Counted from the first letter of the stretch, positions 1 through 10,563 are shown. The stretch is 64,000 nt of DNA from Dongiaceae bacterium (GCA_050182275.1 JBFXCK010000002.1:154202-218201), one strand, 5' to 3'. Program-made: numbers and translations. The notes: generated from the sequence alone by a model not told the origin.

Positions 1-1
1 T

Positions 2-448
2 GCTGATGATCAAAAGGCTAGAGGTTACGTAGAGGATACCTCATGGAAAGATAGAGAAAAAGGCAATAAAGGCCTTATAGTATTTGGTAGAAGTGGAATG
101 GTGTGGGATAAAGATAAGAATAAAGCCGTTCCTGATCCCGATCCCAACTATAAAGATGGCTCACCTTATTTTACTGATGATGCTACGGTATTTGAAAGTC
201 ATGGAATAGCAAAGAATTTGTATGAACTCTTGCAAATGAAGAAGGATAAAACATTTGGATATAGAGAAGGAATAGATATGTATGTTCTAATAGAAGATGT
301 TCCAATTAAAGAAGGTGTTTGTGAGAACAATATTAAATTAGGAGCAGGTGGTGGTAAACAATATTATATAGCAGATCATCAGAAAGTTTTACGTCCATGT
401 CCTCATCGGATAGATTTATACCGTGATCCTCCAGAACAGGAGAGGTGA
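2..448 (+). CDS. 3' end of a larger protein (ORF open to window start); C-terminal ~90-aa domain paralogous to the product of 1010..1648; visibly AT-rich
   Basis: Frame of the 98..448 ORF has no stop back to position 2. Shares the motif YVLxEDxxI...G(A/E)GGGxxYYIxDxxKxL with the 1010..1648 protein. Composition is much more AT-rich than the flanking genes. Confidence 0.5.
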   Translation, partial: ADDQKARGYVEDTSWKDREKGNKGLIVFGRSGMVWDKDKNKAVPDPDPNYKDGSPYFTDDATVFESHGIAKNLYELLQMKKDKTFGYREGIDMYVLIEDVPIKEGVCENNIKLGAGGGKQYYIADHQKVLRPCPHRIDLYRDPPEQER

Positions 449-451
449 TTT

Positions 452-937
452 ATGCAAGAAGTTGACGATCTAATTAATACAGGAATGTGCATTGATAGAG
501 AAACTGGAGAGATTAAATTTCCTAATAATCTTATTAATCTTATTATTGCACCCAATTTGACATTGGATAACTTTCTTAGAAAATATTCCAACTTAGTTAT
601 CGAAAAATCAACAATGGGCCCACCATGGATAAGATGTTGGATTTTACAAGAAAGATACGCCATGATGATATACTTTCATGGACAGGAGTTGGGATTGATA
701 GATTTTGGAGTTAAGCAGTCCATTAAAAAACAAGATGAAGAGAATTATTCAAAGACAGAGGAAAAAAAACTAAATGACCATTTATTGTACAGATTGCTAG
801 GCGAGCCTGACCGTCGATGGGAAGATGGCGATATTTTTTATGATTTAGGGCAGGTAAAAATTAATAGCATAACTGATGACGATCATGGCGGTGGGCCTAG
901 TATATTAATTAGATATAAAGCCTATAAGAAGCAATAA
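452..937 (+). CDS. hypothetical 161-aa protein immediately downstream (4-bp gap) of the truncated C-terminal domain; candidate immunity/partner protein
   Basis: ORF starts 4 bp after the upstream stop. AT-rich. No recognisable family. Its first 21 bp are repeated at 943..963. Confidence 0.4.
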   Translation: MQEVDDLINTGMCIDRETGEIKFPNNLINLIIAPNLTLDNFLRKYSNLVIEKSTMGPPWIRCWILQERYAMMIYFHGQELGLIDFGVKQSIKKQDEENYSKTEEKKLNDHLLYRLLGEPDRRWEDGDIFYDLGQVKINSITDDDHGGGPSILIRYKAYKKQ

Positions 938-1009
938 ATTGTATGCAAGAAGTTGACGATCTATTACTGTTTAGAAACCAATCATGTAATTAGGAGTTAA
1001 AGAAAACGT

Positions 1010-1648
1010 ATGTCAACAGACCAATCCCCAAACTACGGAACCGTCTTCGGCGCTAGGCCGGGGCAGACGGCTTTTTATATGCCGCCTGAAACTTTTTTGG
1101 TGAACAGGGATGACCGTGAAAAATTATGGCGCAGCGTTCAGCAGGATGTGAGCGATTTTCATAAAAGGTTTCTTCCCACGGTGCGGCAATATGTGTTACT
1201 GGAAGATTTGGCCATACCGGTATCTGTTGCTAAAGCCAATCCTCAGCATGGGGAAGGCGGAGGTATGGTTTATTATATATCCGACTATAAAAAATTCTTA
1301 CAGCCGATTGTTGAGCGGCAGAATTTAGACCGCATCGAGCCGCCCAGCATGGATTTGCGCGAGGTAATAGATTTTGAAATGAATATGGGCAACAAGCTGG
1401 ATTATGTAGATCATTTGCCCAATGGCAGATTAATGGGCATTTATTTAATCCAGCCGCTGCATTTTAAGCAGATGGATGGGAAGCTGGCTTTTCCTCCAAC
1501 CGTCGAACATTTTTATTGCCAAGAAAACCGTTTTTTTGCCCCCGAAGCCGGCTTCCTATGCAGTAAAACCCGCCAATTCGTCACTGGCCCTATGCCCCAT
1601 CAATATCCTCCCGCAACGCCTGTTCCACCGCTTGGAAATAGGAATTAA
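1010..1648 (+). CDS. hypothetical protein with a domain homologous to the C-terminus of the 2..448 product
   Basis: Alignable block YVLLEDLAIPVSVAKANPQHGEGGGMVYYISDYKKFL vs YVLIEDVPIKEGVCENNIKLGAGGGKQYYIADHQKVL. Normal GC. The 3' end overlaps the convergent Hpt gene. Confidence 0.5.
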   Translation: MSTDQSPNYGTVFGARPGQTAFYMPPETFLVNRDDREKLWRSVQQDVSDFHKRFLPTVRQYVLLEDLAIPVSVAKANPQHGEGGGMVYYISDYKKFLQPIVERQNLDRIEPPSMDLREVIDFEMNMGNKLDYVDHLPNGRLMGIYLIQPLHFKQMDGKLAFPPTVEHFYCQENRFFAPEAGFLCSKTRQFVTGPMPHQYPPATPVPPLGNRN

Positions 1649-1955
1649 GGCGGGCGATTTTGTCTTCGAGGGTTTTTAATTGGGGGCCGCCGTCGATGAC
1701 GGCGCGGGTGAGGGTTTCGATTTCGCGCGCCAATTCCGATAATTGCAAAGCGCCCATTTGGCGGCTGGAGGATTTGAGGGTGTGGGCGGGAGCTAAAAGC
1801 TTGGCGGCGTTTTGTTCGCGGTAGGCGCTGCAAATCACTTGGATATAAGCATGCGCATCTTCCAAATAATATTCGACCATCATGGGGAATTTGCTTTTCA
1901 TCGCCTGTTTTGCTTCTTGCACTAATTCGGGGTCGATAACGGGGGGAACGCTCAT
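1590..1955 (-). CDS. Hpt (histidine phosphotransfer) domain protein
   Basis: [12 protein letters not shown] motif typical of Hpt (HxxKG). Internal Met start at 1955 gives an ATGA overlap with the upstream hybrid kinase stop. Confidence 0.7.
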   Translation of the reverse strand: MSVPPVIDPELVQEAKQAMKSKFPMMVEYYLEDAHAYIQVICSAYREQNAAKLLAPAHTLKSSSRQMGALQLSELAREIETLTRAVIDGGPQLKTLEDKIARLNSYFQAVEQALREDIDGA

Positions 1956-4900
1956 GTAATGCTCCTGCGGGAAGGGGAAATTTTTTCGGGAACAGCTAAC
2001 CATTTTTCCAGGATTCTTTCAATATTTGGCCGCCAGCGCGGCCGCCAAAGGGATTTGGCGATGTAATCGTCCATTCCGGCTTCAAAACAGCGTTCGATAT
2101 CGCGCTCCTCCACATTGGCGGTGAGGGCGATAATGGGGATATCGGGGTAATTCACGCTCTGCCGCCAGCTTTTAATTTGCCGCGCCGCTTCATAGCCGTC
2201 CATTTCGGGCATTTGGCAATCCATTAAAATCAGGTCGAATTCCTGATGGCGGATTTTTTCAACCGCAACCCGGCCATTTTCGGCGATTTCCAGGGTGGCG
2301 TTCATGGGTTGCAAAATCGCGCTGATGAATTCTTGGTGAATTTTATCATCCTCGACGATCAAAATACGGTGATGGTGAGAGGAAGCGGATTTAAGCCGAT
2401 AAATCGAAGCGGGTTTGCGGCGTTTTTCCTCGGCCAGCCATTTGATCAGGATTTGCCCCAAATTTTGTTTGCGCACCGGTTTGCTTAGATAATCGCTCAT
2501 GCCGGCGGAAAGGCATTTTTCGCGGTCGCCCTCCATCGCGTTGGCGGTAATAGCGATAATGGGAGTAGCGGCCAATTCCAAATTGCTGCCGGCCAGGGCG
2601 CGGATGGCCTGGGTTGCTTGATAGCCGTCCATCTCCGGCATTTGGATATCCATCAAAATCAAGTCGCATTTGCTATTGCGCAATTTTTCCAGCGCAATTT
2701 TGCCGTTTTCGGCGGTGATAACTTTGCAGCCAAAGGAACTTAAAGTATCACTGGTAAATTCGCGGTTGACGCGGTTATCTTCCACCAGCATCACGCAAGT
2801 ATTTTCGAAGAATAATTCGTCAATATCGATAGAAATGCGGTCAAGCCGCTGTTTTTCGGCGGGCAGCCATTTTACCAGGGCCTGGATAATTTGCTGCTTG
2901 CGCATTGGCTTGGAAATAAAATCGCTCATGCCGGCGGCAAAGCATTGTTCTTTGTCTTCCTTCGTTGTACTAGCGGTTAAGGCGATGATCGGCAGATGAT
3001 GGCCCTGACGGCGTAAAGTTTCGGTTGCGGCAAAGCCATCTAATTCCGGAATTAAACAATCCATGAAAATCAAATCGAATTTTTCGGTATTGGCTTTGGC
3101 AAGCGCCTCGATGCCGTTGATGGCGATGGCGACTTTACAGCCGACGCTTTCCAGAATTTCGGTGGCGAAACCCTGATTCACGCGGTTGTCTTCGACCAAC
3201 AGAATATGCGTATTTTGAAAGTTATAACTTTCCAATTGCTCTTCGCGGCGGCGTAAAGTGAGTATCCCCTCGACCGTGATTAACCCCTCGGTTTTGCCAT
3301 TGGAATAGGCTTGCCATACTTGAGAAACCGTATCGATTAAATTTTGCGCGCGCACCGGTTTGGAGAGATAGCCCGATAATCCTGCTTCTTCGAAACGTTT
3401 GGCGTAACCCTGGCCGCCGGCGGAGGTAAGAATAATTAAAGCCGTGTCGCGAATAGCGGCGTCGCTTTTAATGGTTTTAGCCAGCAATTCGCCATTCATA
3501 TCGGGCATTAAATAATCCAAAATCGCCATGTGATAGGGGCGTTGCGCCTTGGCCGCTTGACGCAGCGTCGCTAGCAAGCCTTCCGCGCTTTGTGAAATAT
3601 GGCAATCCATGCCAAGCGTGGATAATTGTTCTTGGATGAGGGAGGAGTTTTCCGCAATATCATCCAAAATCGCCACTCGCACGCCATGGACCGCGGTAGC
3701 CGGGGCGGTTTTTGGCGCGGCCTCGCCCGCCTCGCCGGTTTTTAAACTCATGGTGAACCAGAAAGTCGAGCCTTTGCCTTCTTCGCTTTCCAGGCCAATG
3801 ACGCCGCCCATCATCCCGGCCAATTGCCGGCAAATCGCCAAGCCCAAGCCGGTGCCGCCATATTTACGGGTGGTGGAAGCATCGGCCTGCTCGAATTTTT
3901 CAAAAATCTTGTTTTGCAGGTTTTGAGGAATGCCAATACCGGTATCTTGCACCGAAATTTTGATATGATTGCTGCGCGATGGCGTTTGCGGCGTGCTGAT
4001 TTCTTCGATTGTGAGAAGAACATAGCCCTTATCGGTAAATTTAACCGCATTGCTTAAAAGATTGCTGATAATTTGGCGGATGCGGTTAGGATCGCCGATA
4101 AAATAGCGCTGGGCGCCGGGTTTATAATGCACAATCAATTCGACTGCCTTTTCACGCGCGCGGACCGACATCAGTTCGGCAATATCCTCGGCTAAATGCA
4201 ATAGATCGAATTGAATGGCTTCCAATTCCATGCGGCCGGATTCAATTTTTGAAAAATCCAGCACGTCGTTTAGAATATTCAGCAAAGAATCGGCCGAATT
4301 AATAACGGTGCGGGCATATTCATGCTGTTTTTTATCGAGTGAAGTTTCCAGCAAAAGCTCGGTCATGCCGATGATGCCATTCATCGGCGTACGGATTTCA
4401 TGGCTCATGGTGGCCAGGAAATCGGATTTCATCCGGTTGGCTTTTTCGGCCTCGGCGCGGGCCTGTTCGAGGGCCACCAGCATAGTATTCAAAGATTGCG
4501 CCAGTTGGCCGATTTCATCGTTATTTTGTACGTTGGCAAAAGCGTTGATATCCCCTTCAGCGCGGCGGTACATGGTTTTTTGAATGCCCAGAATAGGTTT
4601 GAAAACGGAATGCGCTAGAATGCCGAAAAACAACCCGATTAAAACGGCCCATAGCAGGATTTGCAGGACGAAAAGGCCGGCAAGCACATTATCGATTTCT
4701 TGATAAATATCCTCTGTATTCAGCTTGACATAGATCAGAAAGTGATGGTTTTCATGGGCGGAAAGCAAAGCCTCAACCGCCTTTACCGCCTCTAAAGATG
4801 ACTCGCCCTCTTGGAGGTAGAGGGGCCGCTCCTCAGCTTCCGCCTTATGCAGTTCGAGCATGAGACCGGGGGGTATGAGCATCTCCAGCGGCGCGTCAAT

Positions 4901-5218
4901 AAAAGCCGGGTTGCTTGAAGCAACAACGGTACGATCTTCTCCTTCGGCGATGAAAATCTCTTCAATATTTTCCTCACCGCTTAGGCTTTCGATAAATTTT
5001 TGGCGAGCTTGAGGGTCATCATTGGTTTTTAATTTCATTTCAAGCGCTTTGATTAAAACCGCGGCGCGTTGCTCTATTTGCTGCTGCATGCTTTGATTGA
5101 TATAAGAATCCATCACCCAGCTCAGCGCTCCTAAAATAACGATCGCCGCCAATATCATTTGCAGCAAGAGACGGCTAATGATGGAAGTTTTATATTTGTG
5201 AAATAATCCCATAATCAT
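1952..5218 (-). CDS. hybrid sensor histidine kinase (two TM segments, periplasmic sensor, HAMP, HisKA, HATPase_c) followed by four receiver domains
   Basis: H-box [20 protein letters not shown]-boxes DTGIGIP / GGTGLGLAI. Four REC blocks (ILDD..D.LMPDMNG; [20 protein letters not shown]; [20 protein letters not shown]; [20 protein letters not shown]). Confidence 0.9.
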   Translation of the reverse strand: MIMGLFHKYKTSIISRLLLQMILAAIVILGALSWVMDSYINQSMQQQIEQRAAVLIKALEMKLKTNDDPQARQKFIESLSGEENIEEIFIAEGEDRTVVASSNPAFIDAPLEMLIPPGLMLELHKAEAEERPLYLQEGESSLEAVKAVEALLSAHENHHFLIYVKLNTEDIYQEIDNVLAGLFVLQILLWAVLIGLFFGILAHSVFKPILGIQKTMYRRAEGDINAFANVQNNDEIGQLAQSLNTMLVALEQARAEAEKANRMKSDFLATMSHEIRTPMNGIIGMTELLLETSLDKKQHEYARTVINSADSLLNILNDVLDFSKIESGRMELEAIQFDLLHLAEDIAELMSVRAREKAVELIVHYKPGAQRYFIGDPNRIRQIISNLLSNAVKFTDKGYVLLTIEEISTPQTPSRSNHIKISVQDTGIGIPQNLQNKIFEKFEQADASTTRKYGGTGLGLAICRQLAGMMGGVIGLESEEGKGSTFWFTMSLKTGEAGEAAPKTAPATAVHGVRVAILDDIAENSSLIQEQLSTLGMDCHISQSAEGLLATLRQAAKAQRPYHMAILDYLMPDMNGELLAKTIKSDAAIRDTALIILTSAGGQGYAKRFEEAGLSGYLSKPVRAQNLIDTVSQVWQAYSNGKTEGLITVEGILTLRRREEQLESYNFQNTHILLVEDNRVNQGFATEILESVGCKVAIAINGIEALAKANTEKFDLIFMDCLIPELDGFAATETLRRQGHHLPIIALTASTTKEDKEQCFAAGMSDFISKPMRKQQIIQALVKWLPAEKQRLDRISIDIDELFFENTCVMLVEDNRVNREFTSDTLSSFGCKVITAENGKIALEKLRNSKCDLILMDIQMPEMDGYQATQAIRALAGSNLELAATPIIAITANAMEGDREKCLSAGMSDYLSKPVRKQNLGQILIKWLAEEKRRKPASIYRLKSASSHHHRILIVEDDKIHQEFISAILQPMNATLEIAENGRVAVEKIRHQEFDLILMDCQMPEMDGYEAARQIKSWRQSVNYPDIPIIALTANVEERDIERCFEAGMDDYIAKSLWRPRWRPNIERILEKWLAVPEKISPSRRSIT

Positions 5219-6183
5219 TATCCAAGGGGCGCGGAAAAAGAAACAAAGGCGGTTACTTGATTGCCGCGCGGATTATAAGAAAGCCGGTCGAAGCTAACGA
5301 TATTGGCTTGTGCGATGCCGCGGCCATGATTGTCGCCTGCGCGTTTCGGGTCGAGATGAAGATAGGAATGCCAGTCAAAACCTTTGCCCTCGTCGGTAAT
5401 AACGATAGTGATGCCGCTGCTTTCCCTGGTAAAAACCACATTCACTTTGCGTTTGGAATATTCCGGCATTTCGCCGCGGCGCAGCACTTCTTCGCGCCAA
5501 ATACCGCGCTCAACCAAAAAACCTTTTGGCCCATAGCCGATTTCCAAATTGCCATGCTCCACCGCATTGATTAAAAGTTCGGCCAAGCCCGGCAATACCC
5601 GCGAAGGATTGGGGTAACAATTGGCTAAAAAGCACGCCAAATGTTCGGCTTCAATGAGAGTATGAAAATGCAGCGCGCAATGATCAATCAAGGTAAAACT
5701 GTTACGGTGTTTTTGCAGCTCGATGCTTAATAGGCGTTGCTGTTCAGTTTCACGCAAAGCCGCGGTCAAAACCGATTTCAATATTTCTGGCAGCACCGGC
5801 TTGGTGAGATAATAAAAAACCCCTGCGTCAATCCCTTCCTTGATCTGCTCCGGCTTATCCGATCCGGTTTGCATTACGACGGGAATCCTGGCAAGCCGGT
5901 GGTTCTTTTTTATTTTGGCAATCAACTGCAAACCGTCCATTTCCGGCATTTCATGGTCGAGCAGAATCACATCAACCGCGGTTAAATCTTTGGTAAGGTG
6001 ATCATAGGCCTCGCGGCCATTACGGGCTTCGATCACTTCATGATTCATCTCCGTTAGCATATGGCTTAGCATCATCATCAAAACGCGGTCGTCTTCCACC
6101 ACCATGATTTTGCTGCTTGGCTTTGGCGCCAGGGCAATTACCGCCGTGGAATCGGCGAAGGAAGATGAAACAGGGGCGATCAT
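5218..6183 (-). CDS. response-regulator receiver fused to an RsbW-like GHKL ATPase/serine-kinase domain
   Basis: MVVEDD...[11 protein letters not shown]...LTKP receiver. C-terminal HATPase_c_2-like block (INAVEHGN...ITDEGKGFD). Stop overlaps the hybrid kinase start. Confidence 0.75.
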   Translation of the reverse strand: MIAPVSSSFADSTAVIALAPKPSSKIMVVEDDRVLMMMLSHMLTEMNHEVIEARNGREAYDHLTKDLTAVDVILLDHEMPEMDGLQLIAKIKKNHRLARIPVVMQTGSDKPEQIKEGIDAGVFYYLTKPVLPEILKSVLTAALRETEQQRLLSIELQKHRNSFTLIDHCALHFHTLIEAEHLACFLANCYPNPSRVLPGLAELLINAVEHGNLEIGYGPKGFLVERGIWREEVLRRGEMPEYSKRKVNVVFTRESSGITIVITDEGKGFDWHSYLHLDPKRAGDNHGRGIAQANIVSFDRLSYNPRGNQVTAFVSFSAPLG

Positions 6184-6342
6184 TGTTTATGTACCTATCT
6201 TGAACCGGCTATGGCGGCATATCCGCGCGTTCAATCAGCAGTTGTAATACTTTTTGATGGTAGCGATTCGCGGCTTAAGAAAGAATTAAGCGGAAGGTGG
6301 GATAGGGGGTTTTATACTTATGGAAAGAAAGCGGGCCGGTTT

Positions 6343-6795
6343 TTATGCCATGGCTGGAAGAAGAAAGCGCCCGATTTCCGCTTGGCGCAAATAATCGCGG
6401 TACATATCGTTAATGCAAAACACCAATGCCGAGGGCATGACAAGAATATCGGCCTGGCCTTCGGCCACGGCTTCTAAATAATCGCCAACCGTGCCTTGCC
6501 GCGGCAAAGGAATGAAATGACTGTGCGATAAGCGCTTTTGCAATTCTTGATAAGGAGGGTAATGCAGCAAGGCCGCAATGCGCACATCATGTTGATCGAT
6601 GCGCGCGATGTTATAATCGAAACGGTGATCATCACGCCGGACAATAAGGGCGCAGACCATCATCGGCGATGAATTATCATTGGCCAGGCAATAAAAGCCG
6701 TTTGTTTTATTATTAAAAGATAGAAACGGGGCGATAGGGCATGCCCTTGCCCCAAAAACGGATTTCCCCTGATTGTTTTTAACAACTGCCCCCAT
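6343..6795 (-). CDS. hypothetical protein (weak call in an ~0.9-kb gene-poor stretch)
   Basis: Longest ORF in the 6184..7074 gap. No recognisable motifs. Overlapping ORFs occur in other frames. Confidence 0.2.
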   Translation of the reverse strand: MGAVVKNNQGKSVFGARACPIAPFLSFNNKTNGFYCLANDNSSPMMVCALIVRRDDHRFDYNIARIDQHDVRIAALLHYPPYQELQKRLSHSHFIPLPRQGTVGDYLEAVAEGQADILVMPSALVFCINDMYRDYLRQAEIGRFLLPAMA

Positions 6796-7074
6796 TTTTC
6801 CCTCTGTTCAACTCGGCCGGCCTGTATCAGGCGATTATTTGCGGTTTTTTTATAGCCGTAGCGGTTATTTTTTTGTACGCTGTTAATATTCGTTAAAGAT
6901 ATTTTAGTATCTTTATAAGGTATGAAGCTAATGCAGATCAGCCATGAAGTCAAGAGCTTTGACCAGCAAAATCGCATTTTTTTCTTCTAGCTAAAAACCG
7001 CTCTAAATTAGGGCAGGGAAAGTTAATTTGAGAGGCTGGTTTCTTCCTCTCATTCATAGTAAAAAGCTTTTTCC

Positions 7075-7971
7075 ATGCGGTTTTTGTATAGCTTAGCCCG
7101 CTTTCGCTTTTTACTCCGCCTGCTGGGAATGGCATTGGCCGCCTATGTTTTTGTGGGCGCATATTTGACCATTTTTCAGCGCGATTTTATTTATCTTCCC
7201 GATACAACCCCTCCCTCGCTTGCCGGCCTTAATGTGGCCGGAATGGAAGAGATTATTGTTCCTGTTACGGAACCAGATGGGACTGGACTTTTATTAAAAT
7301 CCTGGTATCATCCTCCCCGTGCGCCGGATAATCCGGTGGTTATGTATTTTCAGGGCAATGGCGGAAACATAGGTTGGCGCAATGAAAAAATTCGTTTCTT
7401 TGTTAATGCTGGGTATGGTGTTTTCATGGTGGGCTACCGCGGCTATGGCGCAAACCCAGGTCACCCCACCGAAGCGGGCCTACGCCGGGACGCCGCTCAC
7501 GCGCGCCTTATCCTCGACAATCTCTTACGGCGGGGGCAACGCCAATCAATGCGGCGGCCGCGTGTGGTGTGTTACGGCGAATCCCTCGGGGCCGGATTAT
7601 GCATACAAATCGCGGCTAGCGTACCGGACTTCGCCTTACTTTTACTTGAGGCTCCCTTCAAGTCGCTCGCTGACGTCGCCGCTCACCGATATCAATTATA
7701 CCCCCTTAATATCCTATCCTGGCTATTAAAGGATAAGTTCGATTCCATTCATAAAATCGCAGCGGTGCGAACGCCTATTTTATTTCTTCATGGCCAGAAA
7801 GACGCCATCACGCCGGTGGAGCATAGTTACGCCTTAATGGCCGCCGCCAATGAACCCAAAGAAGGCTGGTTCCCCGAAGATGGCGGGCATAATGATTTAT
7901 CGAAATTCGGCTCGCATGAACGCGCCCGTGAATTTATCGATAAATATTTACCGCCCAAGGTAAAGCCATGA
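7075..7971 (+). CDS. alpha/beta-fold hydrolase (membrane-anchored)
   Basis: N-terminal TM helix. GESLGAG nucleophile elbow (GxSxG). HGxxD near the C-terminus. Confidence 0.8.
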   Translation: MRFLYSLARFRFLLRLLGMALAAYVFVGAYLTIFQRDFIYLPDTTPPSLAGLNVAGMEEIIVPVTEPDGTGLLLKSWYHPPRAPDNPVVMYFQGNGGNIGWRNEKIRFFVNAGYGVFMVGYRGYGANPGHPTEAGLRRDAAHARLILDNLLRRGQRQSMRRPRVVCYGESLGAGLCIQIAASVPDFALLLLEAPFKSLADVAAHRYQLYPLNILSWLLKDKFDSIHKIAAVRTPILFLHGQKDAITPVEHSYALMAAANEPKEGWFPEDGGHNDLSKFGSHERAREFIDKYLPPKVKP

Positions 7972-8450
7972 AAACCAAACCGCCGCAATTGGGGCCGCTC
8001 TTAGCTATTGCTGTTTTGCTTGGTGTTCTTGGCGCCGGACTGTATTACCAATCCGACTCTGAGGCCACCGTTTTTCCAGTCACGCAAATTTCTGTTCACA
8101 CCGATCAAGGCCCGCAATTATTTCAAGTGGAATTGGCCTTAACGCCGCAAGCGCAGGCGCAAGGGTTGATGTTCCGCAAACAAGTAGAGGCGGGGAAGGG
8201 AATGCTGTTTGTTTTTCCGCAAAACCAGCCGCTGTATTTTTGGATGAAAAATACCTACCTGCCCCTTGATATGATTTTCATCGATGATAAATGGTTCATC
8301 CAACACATTCACCCCAACGCCAAACCGAAAGATGAAACTTTGGTGCCATCAATGGCGCCGGCAAAATACGTCCTTGAGATTGCCGGCGGGGAGAGTGAAA
8401 GATTGGGCATTAAAGAAGGCGATCGGGTGTTGCTGGATAGGGTGCCTTAG
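7968..8450 (+). CDS. DUF192 (COG1430) family protein with signal/anchor
   Basis: MLFVFPQNQPLYFWMKNTYLPLDMIFID matches the DUF192 core. 4-bp overlap with the upstream hydrolase. Confidence 0.75.
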   Translation: MKTKPPQLGPLLAIAVLLGVLGAGLYYQSDSEATVFPVTQISVHTDQGPQLFQVELALTPQAQAQGLMFRKQVEAGKGMLFVFPQNQPLYFWMKNTYLPLDMIFIDDKWFIQHIHPNAKPKDETLVPSMAPAKYVLEIAGGESERLGIKEGDRVLLDRVP

Positions 8451-8463
8451 AAGGCTAAGCTTT

Positions 8464-9171
8464 ATGGAGAATTTTATGGAGTGGTGTAGTTTAGTAATAA
8501 AATCAGTCTTTAATACCATTTGGAGGAATATAGAAGGCATATTTCAGAGTTGGTCAGTTTTTTCTGATGTTCTTACAGCTTTTGGTACTCTGGTATTAGT
8601 TATATTGGCATTGATAGGGTTTAATGCCTGGAAACAGCAAATTTCCATGCAAAGAAAGGCAACTTTTATTGATGAATTACTTCACACGATATATGAATAT
8701 ATAGATGCTATGGGGGGGCCAGTCCAATCTGTTAGATTTATTAAATATGGTTTTGAGGCATACTCCGACACAGAAAAACTAAGGCAAAATAATAATAAAC
8801 ATGCGGGCATAATTACTTATATTAAAAAAAATGGAGAAAATGATTCTAAGCGTTTATTTGAACGTCTTAGAAATGTTCGCCCTTTTAAATCTAGGCTGCA
8901 TTTTTTGATAATTAAAGGCGGATTATTTAAATTTGAAGATTATTCAACATGTGCTACTGCTTGTAGGTCATTAACAAGTTCTTATGATCAAATAGAAGCA
9001 TTAGCAGCTATGATAAGTAGTCCTCTTATGAATTGGGAAAATCCGAAAGTTAAGGAGATGTTAGATAAGTTAGCTCTGCTGGATGCCTTAAATATAGAAA
9101 ATAATTTATCCACTAACCTCGAAATACTTATTAAGTTTATAGAATCTATTTATGGTAAGTTATTTAAATAG
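8464..9171 (+). CDS. hypothetical single-pass membrane protein (235 aa), strongly AT-rich
   Basis: True start taken at MENFMEW (8464), since the upstream part of the 295-aa ORF overlaps the DUF192 gene in another frame. One TM helix (VLTAFGTLVLVILALIGFNAW). GC is roughly one third by eye versus >50% in neighbours. Confidence 0.55.
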   Translation: MENFMEWCSLVIKSVFNTIWRNIEGIFQSWSVFSDVLTAFGTLVLVILALIGFNAWKQQISMQRKATFIDELLHTIYEYIDAMGGPVQSVRFIKYGFEAYSDTEKLRQNNNKHAGIITYIKKNGENDSKRLFERLRNVRPFKSRLHFLIIKGGLFKFEDYSTCATACRSLTSSYDQIEALAAMISSPLMNWENPKVKEMLDKLALLDALNIENNLSTNLEILIKFIESIYGKLFK

Positions 9172-9961
9172 AATCACCAAGCTCTCGTTTAATGGTCGCT
9201 AATACATCACCATATGTCTCTCTTATATTTCCTTTGGAAAATCTAATTTGTTGAATGCCCTCTAAATTGGAGAATTTTTCAACGTCTGCTTCTAATAGTA
9301 CAATGGCGCGGCTAAAACCCAGCTTTCCTTGAAATAATCCGATTTCATGAATAACATTTTGTCGAGCGCGAGATTTACCATTTGGTTGCTCGTCTTCTGC
9401 AGTTAAGACAAGAAATGCTATTGAAGATTTTGAGGCCATTTCATCAAGGATATCTCTAATAGTGTGTCCAGCTCTTGTGCCAGTTTCGTATGCCTCGATA
9501 CAATAATGATGTTGCTCTTGCAGATGATCTTTCAAGTCTCGCCACTGTTTATCATGTCCATGGCCAATAAAAACAATAGGCGGTTTTTTAGGAGTGGGCG
9601 GCGGCTGAACTATAGAGTTGTTATGATGAGACTCAAAAATAGAAAAAATTCTTTGAATATCTTGCGTTTTTGTTCCTTTGACTAATACACGAGTAGTAAA
9701 AAACGCGTCACCTGTTATGCGAAATCTAGCATCATTAAAAATGATGTCGATTGTGAACCAACTCTTACTTTTTCTATAATCTTCAAAAAATTCGTCTTCA
9801 TTATCATGTTCCCAGGTTGAATCATCTATGTGAACACTAAGTTGAGCATAAGTTTTTTGAGAGCTATTAGGTTTTGGATAAAGACTTAAGAATAAATTAA
9901 TAGCTTCCTTTAGAACTTCTACTGAAAATCTAGTATTGTTGTAATCTTTAGATCTTTGCAT
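9164..9961 (-). CDS. two-domain protein: N-terminal unknown domain (~130 aa) plus C-terminal TIR-like nucleotide-binding domain (Pfam PF10137, CAP12/PycTIR-type)
   Basis: C-terminal block PIVFIGHGHD...IAFLVLTAEDE...SRARQNVIHEIGLFQGKLGFSRAIVLLE...NLEGIQQIRF. This matches the FIGxxxE...AIxLxTxDD...RARxNVxFELGxFxGxLGxxRVxxL...PSDLxG signature of the TIR-like family. AT-rich. 3' end overlaps the convergent membrane-protein gene by 8 bp. Confidence 0.6.
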   Translation of the reverse strand: MQRSKDYNNTRFSVEVLKEAINLFLSLYPKPNSSQKTYAQLSVHIDDSTWEHDNEDEFFEDYRKSKSWFTIDIIFNDARFRITGDAFFTTRVLVKGTKTQDIQRIFSIFESHHNNSIVQPPPTPKKPPIVFIGHGHDKQWRDLKDHLQEQHHYCIEAYETGTRAGHTIRDILDEMASKSSIAFLVLTAEDEQPNGKSRARQNVIHEIGLFQGKLGFSRAIVLLEADVEKFSNLEGIQQIRFSKGNIRETYGDVLATIKRELGDSI

Positions 9962-10008
9962 GATTCAAGACTGCTATAAGGTAAATTCTTTACAAGGGTG
10001 CTTAAAAA

Positions 10009-10085
<77 letters not shown>

Positions 10086-10178
10086 ACTGATTCTGCTATA
10101 GCACGCTTGATACCTATCACCAAGCATTGTTGCAGGGCGGGGCTTGGCCGGCGTCCGGCTGAGGGCTATAATGGCCCC

Positions 10179-10481
10179 ATGCAAGTACGAATTTACCGCC
10201 CCGCCAAAACCGCCATGCAAAGCGGAAGGCGTAAAACCAAGAATTGGCTGATTGAATTTCCGCCCTCGGATCCGTTAAAGCCGGAACCGTTAATGGGCTG
10301 GGTTTCATCAGAAGATACCCAAAAACAAATTCAATTGGAATTTGACAGCCAAGAAAACGCCATCGCCTATGCGATGGCCAAGGGCTATTCCTATGTGCTG
10401 GACAAGCCGGAGGAGCGTACCCCCAAAAACAAAAGCTACGCCGATAATTTCCGCTATAATAAGCCCGGAACAAACAACTAG
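10179..10481 (+). CDS. ETC complex I subunit family protein (NDUFS4-like, ~100 aa) typical of alphaproteobacteria
   Basis: MQVRIYRPAKTAMQSGRRKTKNWLIEF...YADNF matches the conserved NDUFS4-like region. Start placed at 10179 because the upstream part of the ORF overlaps tRNA-Pro. A TATAAT-like hexamer lies at 10165..10170. Confidence 0.6.
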   Translation: MQVRIYRPAKTAMQSGRRKTKNWLIEFPPSDPLKPEPLMGWVSSEDTQKQIQLEFDSQENAIAYAMAKGYSYVLDKPEERTPKNKSYADNFRYNKPGTNN

Positions 10482-10486
10482 AAAAT

Positions 10487-10563
10487 TGGCGTCCCCGATA
10501 CGATTCGAACGTACGACCTACTGCTTAGAAGGCAGTTGCTCTATCCAGCTGAGCTACGGGGAC
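10487..10563 (-). tRNA. tRNA-Arg (anticodon TCT)
   Basis: Reverse complement GTCCCCGTAGCTCAGCTGGATAGAGC..anticodon loop CTTCTAA..GGTTCGAATC..GGGGACGCCA. 77 nt. Confidence 0.85.

Noticed and set aside
2246-4618. Several 70 to 120-aa plus-strand ORFs
   Set aside because: All lie antisense within the 1088-aa hybrid kinase gene.
8284-8463. N-terminal 60 aa of the 295-aa ORF 8284..9171
   Set aside because: Overlaps the well-supported DUF192 gene in another frame. The first Met outside the overlap (8464) directly follows the DUF192 stop and begins the AT-rich gene.
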